A stretch of DNA of 64,000 nucleotides from an uncultured Chloroflexia bacterium (GCA_963697275.1 CAVONF010000005.1:363741-427740); one strand, 5' to 3'. Shown: positions 19,996 through 33,621, counted from the stretch's first letter. A program made the numbers and translations. Notes: a model not told the origin generated them from the sequence alone.

Positions 19996-20994
19996 ATGGA
20001 ACCCCGGAACGAAGGCTGGCGCGGCATGCGTCTGCGCAGCTCCCACGTCGCCCTGGCGCTCGTCGCCCTGGTCGTCATCGTCGCCCTCGGCAGCACGTTG
20101 CCCCGCATCGTCGGGCCTGCCGCGTCACCCATGGCGCAGGAGAGCCTGAACGCGAACGAGGGTCTATCGAAGGGCGACCCCGATGCTGTTGGCCAGGAAG
20201 CGATGCTGTTGGCCGGAGTGCCGGCTCTCGATGGCGTCGGCGATGACGCGCTGCGTGTCGCCGAGGCCGAGACCGCGGCGACATCCCGGGTCGATGACGC
20301 CCTCATCGTGCGCATAGCCAGCCTTGAGCTCGAGGTCGCCGATGTGGCCGCGGTCCTGCTCACCGCGCGCGATGACATCGCGGCGCTCGGTGGCTACGTG
20401 TCGGGCTCGGACGAGTATGACCAGGGCGATCGTCGCTGGGCCAGCGTCACCTACCGCGTGCCGGTGGCTCGCTTCAGCGAAGCCATCGATGCCCTGCGCG
20501 GCCTCTCGGATCGAGTCGTTCGCGAGTCGACGCAGTCGACCGAGGTCACGGCCACGGTCGTGGACCTGGATGCCCGCATCGCCAACCTGCGCGCCTCCGA
20601 GGAGGCGCTGGTGGAGATCATGGATCGCGCCGGGCGCATCGAGGACGTTCTCTCGGTGCAACTGCGCCTCGAGGACGTGCGTGGCCAGATCGAGCGGCTG
20701 GAGGCGCAGCGTGCCAACCTCGCCGACCAGGCCGCGCTCTCGACCCTGGCCGTGACCTGGTCCACGCCGGTGGCAGCCGTGGCCGTGGCCCAGCAAGGGT
20801 GGGACCTCGGCGAAGAGGTCGATGCCGCACTGGCACAGACCGTCGAGGCTCTGCAGAGCGTGGTCAGCCTGGGCGTCTGGATCGCGGTCGTGGTCCTGCC
20901 GCTGCTGGGCCTGCCACTCCTGGCGCTCGCGCTGCTGCTCGTCTTGCTGCGACGCAGCCGCCGCGATGGTCAGCGCGTGACGACCACGCCGTAG
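19996..20994 (+). CDS. DUF4349-domain protein (N-terminal TM, coiled-coil, C-terminal TM)
   Basis: 'ATVVDLDARIANLRASEEALVEIMDRAGRIEDVLSVQLRLEDVRGQIERLEAQRANL' plus a C-terminal hydrophobic helix. Confidence 0.7.
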   Translation: MEPRNEGWRGMRLRSSHVALALVALVVIVALGSTLPRIVGPAASPMAQESLNANEGLSKGDPDAVGQEAMLLAGVPALDGVGDDALRVAEAETAATSRVDDALIVRIASLELEVADVAAVLLTARDDIAALGGYVSGSDEYDQGDRRWASVTYRVPVARFSEAIDALRGLSDRVVRESTQSTEVTATVVDLDARIANLRASEEALVEIMDRAGRIEDVLSVQLRLEDVRGQIERLEAQRANLADQAALSTLAVTWSTPVAAVAVAQQGWDLGEEVDAALAQTVEALQSVVSLGVWIAVVVLPLLGLPLLALALLLVLLRRSRRDGQRVTTTP

Positions 20995-21119
20995 TCCTGC
21001 CCGCGCCGGCCGGGACGCAGCACCTGCCGGGACGCAGCGCCTGCCTCCGAGGCCCTACTGGCGGGCGCTGCGTCATCATGCGGTCTGCAGCCAGAGCCAC
21101 GACAGGAGGCCACGCGATG

Positions 21120-22055
21120 CGCTTCGCACTGATGACCGAGCCACAGCAGGGCTACAGCTACCAGGACATCCTGGACACCGCCCTCACCGCCGAGCGGGTC
21201 GGCTTCGAGACGTTCTTCCGCTCCGACCACTACTCCAGCTTCCCCGGAGAGAGCGACCTGCCCACCACCGATGCCTGGACGACGCTGGCCGGACTGGCCC
21301 GCGAGACGACGCGCATCGGCCTGGGCACGATGGTCTCGCCGGTCACGTTCCGCATCCCGGGTTCCTTCGCCAAGGTCGTGGCCACGGTCGACGAGATGAG
21401 CGGCGGGCGCGTGGAGATGGGCGTGGGCGCCGGCTGGAACGAGGGCGAGCATGCCGCCCACGGCATCCCCTACCCGGACACGGTCGAGCGGGTCGATCGC
21501 ATGGAGGAGGAGCTGGCCATCCTGCGCGGCCTCTGGGACGAGCCCGACGGCTGGTCCTTCGAAGGCGTCCACTACCAGGTTCGCGATGCGCTCTTCCGAC
21601 CCAGGGGGCGCCGGCCCAACCTCATCGTCGGCGGGGTGGGACGACCGCGCTCGGTGCGGATCGGCGCGACGTACGCGGACGAGTACAACATCAGCTCATC
21701 GAACCCCGCCGAAGTGCGGGACGTGATGGCCCGGCTGGACGCTGCCTGCGAGGCCATCGGCCGCGACCCGAAGACGCTGACCCGCTCGGTGATGGCCGGC
21801 ACGCTGGTGGGGCGCGACGAGGAGGACGTGAAGCGCCGCACCGCCGCCCAGGTGGCCATCTTCGGCGGCGCCACGGATGAAGCGGCGGCCTGGCTGGAGG
21901 AGCGTCGCGACCGCTGGATCCTGGGCACCCCGGATGCGGCGCGTGCAGCGCATCGCCGAGTACGCGGACACTGGCATCGATCGGCTGCTCTTCCAGGACT
22001 TCCTGCCCCGCGACCTCGAGCATATCGTCATCATGGGCGAGTTGATCGCCACCTG
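21120..22055 (+). CDS. LLM-class (luciferase-like) F420-dependent oxidoreductase, single frameshift near 21935
   Basis: RBS AGGAGG. 'MRFALMTEPQQGYSYQDILDTALTAERVGFETFFRSDHY...GVGAGWNEGEHAAHGIPYP'. The true C-terminus 'IAEYADTGIDRLLFQDFLPRDLEHIVIMGELIAT' is in the +1 frame. Confidence 0.75.
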
Positions 22056-22212
22056 AGGAACGCCGCCGCCATTGCGACGGGCGCCGCTATTCCGCCCCTG
22101 ACTGACTCGGCGCGCACGATCGCTGTTCCAGGCGGAGCGGGAACTGGATCGCTGACCGGATGCGCTGAGTCAGGCACCCAGGGCATACAGCGCCCACCCA
22201 CGGCGTCGAGCG

Positions 22213-23034
22213 ATGCCTGGACGGCATGAACGCACAAGCGTCCTGCCGGGTCAGTCATGCCGGGCATCAGCGCTCGCTGGCCCACCGCTGCCGCCGATCA
22301 TGGCCGCAGTACGGGAGGCCTGTGCAGAGAAGGCGAGGACGGCACCCTGTGGCGACGCACCTGCTGCTGTGGACTCGGCTGTGGACTGGTCACCCGGAGG
22401 TGCGCCGGCCTTCAAGGGCGGGCAATGGGAGCTGGGCATGTGCACTGGGTCGGCCCGGTTCTCTCTCGAGGCGTTCATGCCGGCCCCGCCATCCAGCGAA
22501 CCCTACGCGCTCGTCCACGCCGACTGGCCCTGCAAGGCGGACGTCCTCTTGACGTACTTCGCCACCACGGGTGACCCCTCTGCCACGTATCCAGCATGCG
22601 AAGCAGTCATGACGGCCGGCTGTCCGGAGGGACTGGAGTGGAGCAACCGTGGGTCCGTCATCCCACTGGTCTTCACGCAGGCAGACGAAGCGATGCGCGG
22701 TCAGGCCAACGACCGCCAGGACGATCCAGGCACCTACACGCTCGCAGTCGAGCCGAAGGGCGCCTGCCTCTACAGCGATGAGAACGGCAATTGGGACGCG
22801 AGCCGCGAATACCCTGCCGAGATCGAGGTCACGGCCTACGTCGAGCACTACGGCGCCGGCGAATCGACGCCCTACGCCATCGAGGGGCCATTCTCTGCGT
22901 CCGTTCCGTTCTGGTCCGACGAGCCATTCCTGACGCTGCAGCCTGCCGACTACCGACGCGTTCTCGGGACCTTCGAGTGGGATCCGACTGTCGAGCTCAC
23001 CGACATTCCCCCGTCCGACACGGAGACCGAGTGA
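22213..23034 (+). CDS. Hypothetical protein in a lower-GC patch (possibly acquired); true start may be near 22438
   Basis: Asp/Glu/Tyr-rich, non-Arg-biased composition: 'TYTLAVEPKGACLYSDENGNWDASREYPAEIEVTAYVEHYGAGESTPYAIEGPFSASVPFWSDEPF'. No recognisable family. Confidence 0.4.
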   Translation: MPGRHERTSVLPGQSCRASALAGPPLPPIMAAVREACAEKARTAPCGDAPAAVDSAVDWSPGGAPAFKGGQWELGMCTGSARFSLEAFMPAPPSSEPYALVHADWPCKADVLLTYFATTGDPSATYPACEAVMTAGCPEGLEWSNRGSVIPLVFTQADEAMRGQANDRQDDPGTYTLAVEPKGACLYSDENGNWDASREYPAEIEVTAYVEHYGAGESTPYAIEGPFSASVPFWSDEPFLTLQPADYRRVLGTFEWDPTVELTDIPPSDTETE

Positions 23035-23528
23035 TGCGGGCCCTGGTCGATCCTGGCAGGCCTGCTGGCCTTGGCCCTGCGCTGTACGCCGCCGGGAGCT
23101 GGATCGGCCCTCGCCGGGGACCCTGCGCCGCCTCGGGCGCTCGAGGATGCCGCCACGTTCCCCGCTGCCAGGGACGCCGCGCTGGCCGTCACCAAGCCGC
23201 AGCACACGGCGGCCTGCCGCCGCTGGCTGAACGCACGGATCCATGCCGTCAAGACCGAGCGGGCATCGCTCCATGCACGGGCCTTCATCGCCCGCCAGCT
23301 GTTCGACGGGTCGGACGAGGCCTGCGAGCGGCAGGAGATCGAGCGCCGCTAGCACGATGGGCGCACCGAAGACCCGGATGCTCGAAGGGACGTCCAGGCT
23401 ATCGGCCGTGGTGGCGTAGTAGTGGTGTTCGAGGCCTGGGACCTCGGGCTCCCCTTGGGTCGCCGCGTCAGCCCCGAGTTGGAGCCTGGCACCGGCCTCT
23501 CCGGCGCCACTCCCGCCGCCTGGGTCCG

Positions 23529-23876
23529 TCAGCGCACGCGGCCGATACGCCCCAGCGGCCAGTAGCGGAACCAGGGCTGGCCCTCGAGCTTGGCCGGATC
23601 CACGGGGCCGAAGACACGCGAGTCGGTCGAGGCCTCCGGCGCGTCACCACCGATGAGCAGCCAGCCCCTGGGATCGACGTCCGTAACGCGCTTGACGAGA
23701 AGACGCTGCGAATCGCGCGGATCCGGCACCAGCACCAGCTCGCCGGCGCGCGGAGAGCGTCGCCGAAAGGCCTCCGGGTCAGCCAGGAGCCAGTCCCCGG
23801 GCTGGAGGCCGGGGCGCATGCTGCCGCCTTCGACAGCGACGCGGGCTCTCCAGGAGCGGAGCAGGCGGCGACGCAC
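23529..23876 (-). CDS. sodX: S26-type signal-peptidase-like protease, probable Ni-SOD maturation protease SodX
   Basis: 'MRPGLQPGDWLLADP...LVKRVTDVD...GDAPEASTDSRVFGPV'. About 115 aa, immediately downstream of sodN. Confidence 0.7.
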   Translation of the reverse strand: MRRRLLRSWRARVAVEGGSMRPGLQPGDWLLADPEAFRRRSPRAGELVLVPDPRDSQRLLVKRVTDVDPRGWLLIGGDAPEASTDSRVFGPVDPAKLEGQPWFRYWPLGRIGRVR

Positions 23877-23947
23877 GTTGGGCCGGGATCAGCGGGCTCG
23901 CCCGGACCGATATCCCCGACGAGCCCAGATGGGTCCGACGGCTGTCG

Positions 23948-24365
23948 TCAGGTCGCCATGCGGGTCTTGGCGGGACCACCCGTGCCCTTCCACATCTCGT
24001 CGACCTGGTCGATGAGCTCGAGCAGCTTCCGGGCCGCGTCGAGGTCGACGCCCTGCTTGACGGCAGAAGCCTGCTTGGAGGCCTTCCAGCAGACGTCGTG
24101 GAGGTCCGGGTACTGCTCGACGTGCTCGGGCTTGAAGTAGTCGTGCCACAGCACGTCGATGTGGTGCTTGACCAGCTCCGCGCGCTCCTCCTTGACGTGG
24201 ATGCAGCGAGTGCGGAAGACCTCGTCGTCGGAGGCGTGGTAGCGCTCGATGATGCGGTGGCACGACTCGGCCTCGATGCGAGCCTGCTGCGGGTCGTAGA
24301 CGCCGCAGGGGATGTCGCAGTGACCGTGGGCGCTCCGGCGCGGGGCGATGGAGGCGCAGCAGGTT
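23948..24365 (-). CDS. sodN: Nickel-containing superoxide dismutase SodN; frameshift inside the N-terminal pro-peptide
   Basis: 'HCDIPCGVYDPQQARIEAESCHRIIERY...VLWHDYFKPEHVEQYPDLHD...' includes the Ni-hook HCDxPCGVY. The pro-peptide 'MNLLRLHRPAP' is in frame -1 relative to 'SAHGHCD'. Confidence 0.8.
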
Positions 24366-24562
24366 CATGATCCACTCCTTCTTGAGGTTGGTGGCGCCGC
24401 AACCCATATGCCTTGGCGCGGTGCCTGGGGTCACGGACCGATTCTGCCACGCATGCCGACGAAACCGGCTTGACGACGTGTCCTCGTGGTGCTACCTTCC
24501 CATAAACCCTATAGACTCCATGGACAATATAGGATAACTCGGGAATAGCAGGGGGCGGTCTG

Positions 24563-25637
24563 ATGACTGAGGTAGCGGGCATCGCACGATGGTGGGAGCA
24601 GGCACATGGAGTCAGGTGCCGGCAGGGTTCGGTGCGATCGGCATCGATCCTGACCGCGGCGTTGCTGGCGTGGACGAGCGTCGCGGTCCCGGCGACAGGG
24701 GTCGAGGCCTCGGAGGGCGACATGCCCGCGGGTACGGTGACCCTCGCCGCCTACACCACGCCGCGCGAGGTCTACGAGGAGCTCATCCCCATGTTCCAGG
24801 CCACCGAGCCTGGGGCCGGCGTGCAGTTCGAAAGCTCCTACACGGGGTCGGGCGACCAGAGCCGCGCCGTGGAGGCCGGCCTGCCGGCCGACATCGTGGC
24901 TCTCTCGATGTGGCCGGACGTGGAGCGGCTCGTGGAGCCGGGCATCGTGGCGCCGGACTGGGACGAGAACGAGTACGGGGGCATCGTCAGCAACAGCATC
25001 GTCGTCTTCGCCGTCCGTCCCGGGAACCCCAAGGGCATCGCCACCTGGGACGACCTCATCCGCGAGGACGTGGACGTCATCACGCCCAATCCCTTCACGT
25101 CCGGTGGCGCCCAGTGGAACCTGCTGGCCGCCTACCAGGCACAGCTCGTCCAGGGTCGTACCGAGGAGGAGGCCAGGGAGTACCTCAAGCAGCTCATCGC
25201 CAACACCTCGGTCATGGACCGCAGCGCGCGCGAGGCGCTCACCACCTTCGCCGCCGGCCAGGGTGATGTGCTCATCGCCTACGAGAACGAGGCCATCTTC
25301 GCCCAGCAGGCCGGGCAGCCCCTCGAGTACGTCGTGCCCGACGCCACCCTCCTCATCGAGAATCCCGTGGCTGTGACCCTCACCGGTGACGCGCTCGAAC
25401 CGGCCCAGGCCTTCGCGGACTTCCTGTACACCCCCGAGGCGCAGGCGGTCTTCGGCCAGAAGGGCTACCGGCCCGAGGTCGAGGAGGTGCTCGACCAGTT
25501 CGACTACGTGCAGCCCGCGAACCTCTTCACCATCGCCGACATGGGCGGCTGGGCCGGAGGCGCGTCCGCGCTTCTTCGACCCGGAGACCGGCCTCGTCGC
25601 CGAGATCTTCGCCGAACTCGGCCGCGACGCAGCGTGA
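24563..25637 (+). CDS. sbp: Sulfate/thiosulfate ABC transporter substrate-binding protein; single frameshift near 25555 (extra G in a GGG run)
   Basis: 'TVTLAAYTTPREVYEELIPMFQ...TPNPFTSGGAQWNLLAAY'. The C-terminus 'ADMGGWPEARPRFFDPETGLVAEIFAELGRDAA*' is in the +1 frame. Confidence 0.8.
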
Positions 25638-26479
25638 GCGCCGGCGTCGGGGCCGGCTCGCGCATCGGGCCGGCACTTGCGGGTCGCTACGATGGCCGGG
25701 GCATCGTGGGTCCCGGCATCGCCGCCACGTACCTGGGTCTGCTCGTCCTCATCCCCATCGCGGCCATCCTGTGGCGCTCGGTGTCGGACGGCATGGACGA
25801 CTTCATCGCCGCCGTCACCTCGCCACAGGCGCTCGCAGCGCTGCAACTGACGTTCACGGTCTCGGCCGTGGTGATGCTCATCAATGCGCTGATGGGCACG
25901 GTCATCGCGTGGGTCCTGGTGCGTGATGAGTTCCCGGGCAAGCCCTTCGTCAACGCGCTCATCGACCTGCCCTTCGCGCTGCCCACCATCGTGGCCGGCC
26001 TGACGTTGCTGGCGCTCTACGGGCCGCAGAGCCCCTTCGGCTTCAACGTCGCCTACTCGCAGGCGGGCATCGTCCTGGCGCTGCTGTTCGTCACGCTCCC
26101 CTTCGTGGTGCGGGCCGTGCAGCCCGTGCTGGTTGAGCTCGACCGCGAGATGGAGGAAGCCGCGGCGTCCCTGGGGGCATCGTCGCCCACGGTGGTGCGA
26201 CGCATCGTCCTGCCGAACCTCTTCCCGGCCATCCTCAGCGGCTCGGCGCTCGGCTTCGCCCGCTCCATCGGCGAGTTCGGCTCCGTCGTGCTCATCGCCG
26301 GCAACATCCCGTTCCGCACCGAGCTCGCCTCGGTCTACATCTACGGCCAGGTCGAGGCCGATCAGCCCGGAGCGGCGGCTGCCGTGTCGGTGGTCCTGCT
26401 CGTGGCGTCGCTCGGACTGCTCGCCGTGTTCGACCTGCTACGCCGCCGCATCTCGCGCCACGCGGAGCCGGTCGCATGA
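25634..26479 (+). CDS. cysT: Sulfate ABC transporter permease CysT
   Basis: GTG overlaps the sbp stop. '[25 protein letters not shown]...SLGASSPTVVRRIVLPN' (EAA-loop region). Confidence 0.8.
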   Translation: MSAGVGAGSRIGPALAGRYDGRGIVGPGIAATYLGLLVLIPIAAILWRSVSDGMDDFIAAVTSPQALAALQLTFTVSAVVMLINALMGTVIAWVLVRDEFPGKPFVNALIDLPFALPTIVAGLTLLALYGPQSPFGFNVAYSQAGIVLALLFVTLPFVVRAVQPVLVELDREMEEAAASLGASSPTVVRRIVLPNLFPAILSGSALGFARSIGEFGSVVLIAGNIPFRTELASVYIYGQVEADQPGAAAAVSVVLLVASLGLLAVFDLLRRRISRHAEPVA

Positions 26480-27384
26480 GCGCCGCGCAGGCCACCACCG
26501 CCCCGGCGACCTCGGTCGTGAGCGTCAGGCGTCCTCAGGCGACGGTCGCACGGCTGGCCCTTCGCTCGGTGGCGCTGGGCTACCTGCTGCTGTTGCTGGC
26601 GCTGCCGGTCTGCATGGTCTTCTGGCGAACCTTCGAGAACGGCCTGGAGCCGGTGCTGCAGGCGCTCAGCCGGCCGGCGTTCCAGTCCGCCTTCTGGCTG
26701 ACCCTGCAGATCACCCTCATCGCCGTCCCCGTCAACACCGTCTTCGGCGTCATCGCGGCCCTGGCCCTGGTGCGCCGCCGCTTCCCCGGCCGGGGGCTGC
26801 TGAATGCCCTCATCGATCTGCCCTTCGCCATCTCGCCCGTCGTCGTCGGCCTTTCCCTCGTCCTCGTCTACGGCAAGAACGGCTGGCTGGGCGGGCTCCT
26901 GGAGGACATCGGCTTCCCGGTCATCTTCGCGGTGCCGGGGATGGTCCTGGCCACGCTCTTCGTGTCACTGCCGTTCGTGGTCCGTGAGGTCATGCCGGTG
27001 CTGCGCGAGATCGGCACGGACCAGGAGCAGGCCGCCTACACGCTCGGCGCTTCGCCGTGGACGACCTTCTGGCGCGTGACCCTGCCGGCCATCCGCTGGG
27101 GCGTCATCTACGGCGTCATCCTCACCACGGCCCGCTCGCTGGGCGAGTTCGGGGCCGTGGCCATCGTCTCGGGCAAGATCTCGGGCAAGACCGAGACGCT
27201 CACGACGCACGTCGAGGAGCGCTTCCACGCCTTCGACCTCGTGGGCGCCTACACCGCCTCGATCGTGCTCGCCCTCATGGCCCTGATCGTCCTGCTGGCC
27301 ATGACCGTGGTCCAGTCAGGATGGTTCGGAAGGAGGTTCGGACGTGGCCATCAGCCTGCAGCGGCTGACGAAGCGATTCGGTGA
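26476..27384 (+). CDS. cysW: Sulfate ABC transporter permease CysW
   Basis: '[29 protein letters not shown]...[20 protein letters not shown]'. Confidence 0.8.
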   Translation: MSAAQATTAPATSVVSVRRPQATVARLALRSVALGYLLLLLALPVCMVFWRTFENGLEPVLQALSRPAFQSAFWLTLQITLIAVPVNTVFGVIAALALVRRRFPGRGLLNALIDLPFAISPVVVGLSLVLVYGKNGWLGGLLEDIGFPVIFAVPGMVLATLFVSLPFVVREVMPVLREIGTDQEQAAYTLGASPWTTFWRVTLPAIRWGVIYGVILTTARSLGEFGAVAIVSGKISGKTETLTTHVEERFHAFDLVGAYTASIVLALMALIVLLAMTVVQSGWFGRRFGRGHQPAAADEAIR

Positions 27385-28305
27385 CTTCGTCGCCCTCGAT
27401 GAGGTCTCCCTCGAGATCGGCGACGGCTCGCTGACCGCGCTGTTGGGACCCAGCGGCAGCGGCAAGACCACGCTGCTGCGCATCATCGCCGGCCTTGACG
27501 TGCCGGACAGCGGAGTCGTCCGACTGGAGGGCCGCGATGTCACGCACGTGCCGCCTCAGGCAGCGCGGCATCGGCTTCGTCTTCCAGCACTACGCGCCCT
27601 TCAAGCACATGACCGTGTGGGACAACGTGGCCTTCGGGCTGACCATCCGACGCCAGCCCAAGGAGGAGGTGCGGCGCACTGTCAACGAGCTGCTCACGCT
27701 GGTCCAGATCGCGCACCTTGCCGACCGTTACCCGTCGCAGCTCTCCGGTGGGCAGCGCCAGCGCATGGCCCTGGCCCGCGCGCTGGCGATCCGAGCCCTC
27801 CGTGCTGCTGCTCGACGAGCCCTTCGGCGCCCTCGATGCCCGCGTCCGCAAGGAGCTGCGCGTGTGGCTGCGCCGCCTCCACGATGAGTCACACGTGACC
27901 ACGGTCTTCGTGACCCATGACCAGGAGGAGGCCATGGACGTGGCCGATCACATCGTGGTCATGGACAAGGGCCGCATCGAGCAGGAGGGCAGTGCGCGGG
28001 ACCTCTACGAGCATCCCGCCAATGAGTTCGTGATGAGCTTCATCGGCCCGGTCACGCGGCTCGGCGATGCCTACGTCCGACCACACGACATCGAGGTGCT
28101 GCTGACGCCCGCGGATGGCGGCTGCAGGGCCGTGGTGGAGCGCGTCGTCTACCTGGGGTTCGAGGTGCGGGTGGAGCTCAGGCGCGACGATGGTGTGCGC
28201 GTCTGGGTCCAGGTGCCACGCGACGAGGCGACTCGCCTGGCGCTGACGCAGGGACAGGTGGTCTCGGTGCGCTCCCGACACGAGCAGGTCTTCGCGGCCG
28301 CCTGA
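27344..28305 (+). CDS. cysA: Sulfate ABC transporter ATP-binding protein CysA, 2 frameshifts
   Basis: Walker A '[19 protein letters not shown]'. Signature '[16 protein letters not shown]' is in a second frame. Walker B '[12 protein letters not shown]' and the C-terminal TOBE domain are in a third. Confidence 0.75.
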
Positions 28306-28408
28306 ACGACCGATCTCAGGGGCTGGCGGCCACGACGGCTGGTGCCGTGGCATACGATTCCGGGGACGACATGCCGAGCAGACCGCCTGCTGCCCCACGG
28401 AGCCCCGC

Positions 28409-29481
28409 GTGAACGAAGCGCTCATCCTCTGGCTGGCCCTCTTCGCGTTGATGTCCGCCTTGATCGTGGTGGCGGGCGTGCTGCTGGCCCGTTCGGGTGA
28501 TCGCATCGCTGACCGCACCGGCCTCGGGGGCCTGCTCATCGGCATGGTGCTGGTGGCGGCCGCGACCTCGCTGCCTGAGATCGCCGTGGCCGTCAGCGCC
28601 GTCCTGGAGGGCTCCCCGGACCTGGCCATCGGCAACCTGCTTGGCAGCAACATGGCGAACATGGCCCTGCTGGCCCTGGTCGACTTGGTCTTCCTCGGCC
28701 GCGTCTGGCATCGCGCCAGCTCCGGGCACGGGCGCACGGCCGCCATCGCCATCGCCCTGACCGCGATCCCCGTGCTGGCCATCCTCGAGCCGTTCGAGGT
28801 GACCATCGGCTGGGTGGGCATCGAATCGATCATCATCTTCGTCGGCTTCGTGAGCCTCATCTCGTGGACGCGTCGCTCGCCCACGCCGGCGGTGCTCGCC
28901 GGAGAGACCAGCCACGCGGAGAAGGTGCTCGCCGAGGCAGAGGCCGAAGTCGGCCGGGACGAGCCCGAGGCCGGACCGCCTTCGTCCCGCATCTCCGTGC
29001 TGCAGTCCATCAAGCTCGACCTGGTCACCTTCGGGGTGGCCGCGCTGATCATCCTGGCCGCGGCCCCGGTGCTCGTCATCTCGGCAGAGGGCATCGCTAC
29101 CGAATCCGGGCTGGGTGAGACCTTCGTGGGTGCCTCCTTCCTGGCCTTCGCGACCTCGTTGCCGGAGCTGTCCACGGCGCTCGCGGCCGTACGCATCGGC
29201 GCCTTCGACCTGGCCGTCGGCTCGCTGCTCGGCAGCAACGCCTTCAACATGGCCATCATCCTGGTGGTCGATCTCTTCTACCTCGAGGGGCCGATCCTGG
29301 CGCACGTCACCTCCATCCAGGCCTTCATCGGTGTCGGTGCCATCCTGCTCATGTCGCTGGTGATGGCCGGCATCATCCATACGGCCCGGACGCGCGCGTC
29401 GCGGCTGGAGCCCAGCTCCTGGATGGTGCTCATCACGTACCTGCTGCTGATGTACGTCATCTGGTCGGCGGGGCCGGCCTG

Positions 29482-29482
<1 letters not shown>
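28409..29482 (+). CDS. Ca2+/cation antiporter (CaCA family, YrbG-like Na+/Ca2+ exchanger)
   Basis: Two alpha-repeats 'GNLLGSNMANMALLALV' and 'GSLLGSNAFNMAIILVV'. 10 TM. Stop overlaps the ATPase start (TGATG). Confidence 0.8.
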
Positions 29483-32216
<2,734 letters not shown>

Positions 32217-32262
32217 GGGTCCCGCCCGTCGGGACTGGCAGCGGCATCCCGTTCGTCGTACC

Positions 32263-33621
32263 GTGGCACTGATGTCGCAGCACACGGGTCGTCGGATCGG
32301 CTTCGTTTCCACGCGCATCGCCGGCACGGATGGCGTGTCCCTGGAGATCGCCAAGTGGGCCACCGTGCTGCAGCGCCTGGGCCACCACGTCTGCTACTTC
32401 GGCGGTGAGGTGGACCGGCAGCCCGAGCAGAGCCGCGTCGTGCCGGAGGCCTTCTACCGGCACCCCGAGATCGAGGCCATCAACGAGACCGTCTTCGGTC
32501 CCAGCCTGGAGATGGCCGTGGAGTCTGCCTCGGAGCGACTGCTGCCCCGCCGCCGCCACTTCTTCTCCCCCTACGTGCGCCCGCCGCACATCTCGCGCCG
32601 GATGGACGAACTCGCGGCGCACCTGCGCGACCAGCTGGCGGTCTTCTGTCGCGATTTCGACGTCGACCTGCTGGTGGTCGAGAACGCGCTCGCCATCCCC
32701 ATCCACCTGCCGCTGGGCGTGGCCATCACCGGGCTGGTAGCCGAATCCGGCATCCCCGTCATCGCCCATCACCACGACCTGCCCTGGGAACGCCAGCGCT
32801 TCGCCGTCAGCAGCGTGACCGACATCATCGCCTCCACCTTCCCGCCCGCCCTGCCGTCCGTGCACCACGTGGTCATCAACTCGGTGCAGTCCCAGCAGCT
32901 GGCCTGGCGGACGGGCCTTGCGTCCCGCGTCATCCCCAATGTCATGGACTACGAGACGCCGCCTCCGCCCCTGGACGAGTACGCCAGTCGGGCTCGGGCG
33001 GACCTGGGGGTCGCAGCGGACGAGGTGCTCATCCTGCAGCCCACGCGCATCATCCAGCGCAAGGGCATCGAACACGCCATCGAGCTGACCCGTCGCCTGG
33101 GCCGCCCTGCGCGCCTGGTCATCTCGCACGCCAGCGGTGATGAAGGCGATGGCTACGAGCAGCGGGTCCGCGAGTTCGCCCGCCTGCTGGAGGTCGACGT
33201 GCGCTTCGAATCGGACGTCGTGGGTACCAGCCGAGGAATCCTGCCCGACGGGCGGCGTACGTACACGCTCGCGGACATCTACCCGCACGCCGACCTGGTC
33301 ACCTACGGCTCCAGCATCGAGGGCTTCGGCAACGCCTTCCTCGAGACGGTCTACTTCCGCCGGCCCATCGTCGTGAACCGCTACTCGATCTACGAGATCG
33401 ACATCCAGTCCAAGGGCTTCCGGGCCGTGGAGTTCGACAGCTACATCAGCGAGGACACGCTTGACGAGGTGCGCATGCTCCTGGACCGGCCGGACGTGGT
33501 GGCAGAGCGGGCGGAGGAGAACTACCGCCTGGCGCGCCGCTACTTCTCGTTCGGGGTGCTGCGACGCCGGCTCGGGGACCTGCTCCTGGAGTGCTTCGGG
33601 GAAGAGCCCGAGGAGCCGTGA
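32263..33621 (+). CDS. Glycosyltransferase family 4 (retaining GT-B) protein
   Basis: 'RIGFVSTRIAGTDGVSLEIAKW...' N-terminal domain and C-terminal 'E..GFGNAFLE' (EX7E-like). Intact 452 aa. Confidence 0.7.
   Translation: MALMSQHTGRRIGFVSTRIAGTDGVSLEIAKWATVLQRLGHHVCYFGGEVDRQPEQSRVVPEAFYRHPEIEAINETVFGPSLEMAVESASERLLPRRRHFFSPYVRPPHISRRMDELAAHLRDQLAVFCRDFDVDLLVVENALAIPIHLPLGVAITGLVAESGIPVIAHHHDLPWERQRFAVSSVTDIIASTFPPALPSVHHVVINSVQSQQLAWRTGLASRVIPNVMDYETPPPPLDEYASRARADLGVAADEVLILQPTRIIQRKGIEHAIELTRRLGRPARLVISHASGDEGDGYEQRVREFARLLEVDVRFESDVVGTSRGILPDGRRTYTLADIYPHADLVTYGSSIEGFGNAFLETVYFRRPIVVNRYSIYEIDIQSKGFRAVEFDSYISEDTLDEVRMLLDRPDVVAERAEENYRLARRYFSFGVLRRRLGDLLLECFGEEPEEP

Noticed and set aside
23071-23352. 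93-aa plus-strand ORF between the hypothetical gene and sodX.
   Set aside because: It could be a real small protein with reasonable composition, but there is no recognisable domain, RBS or conservation evidence. Left unannotated.
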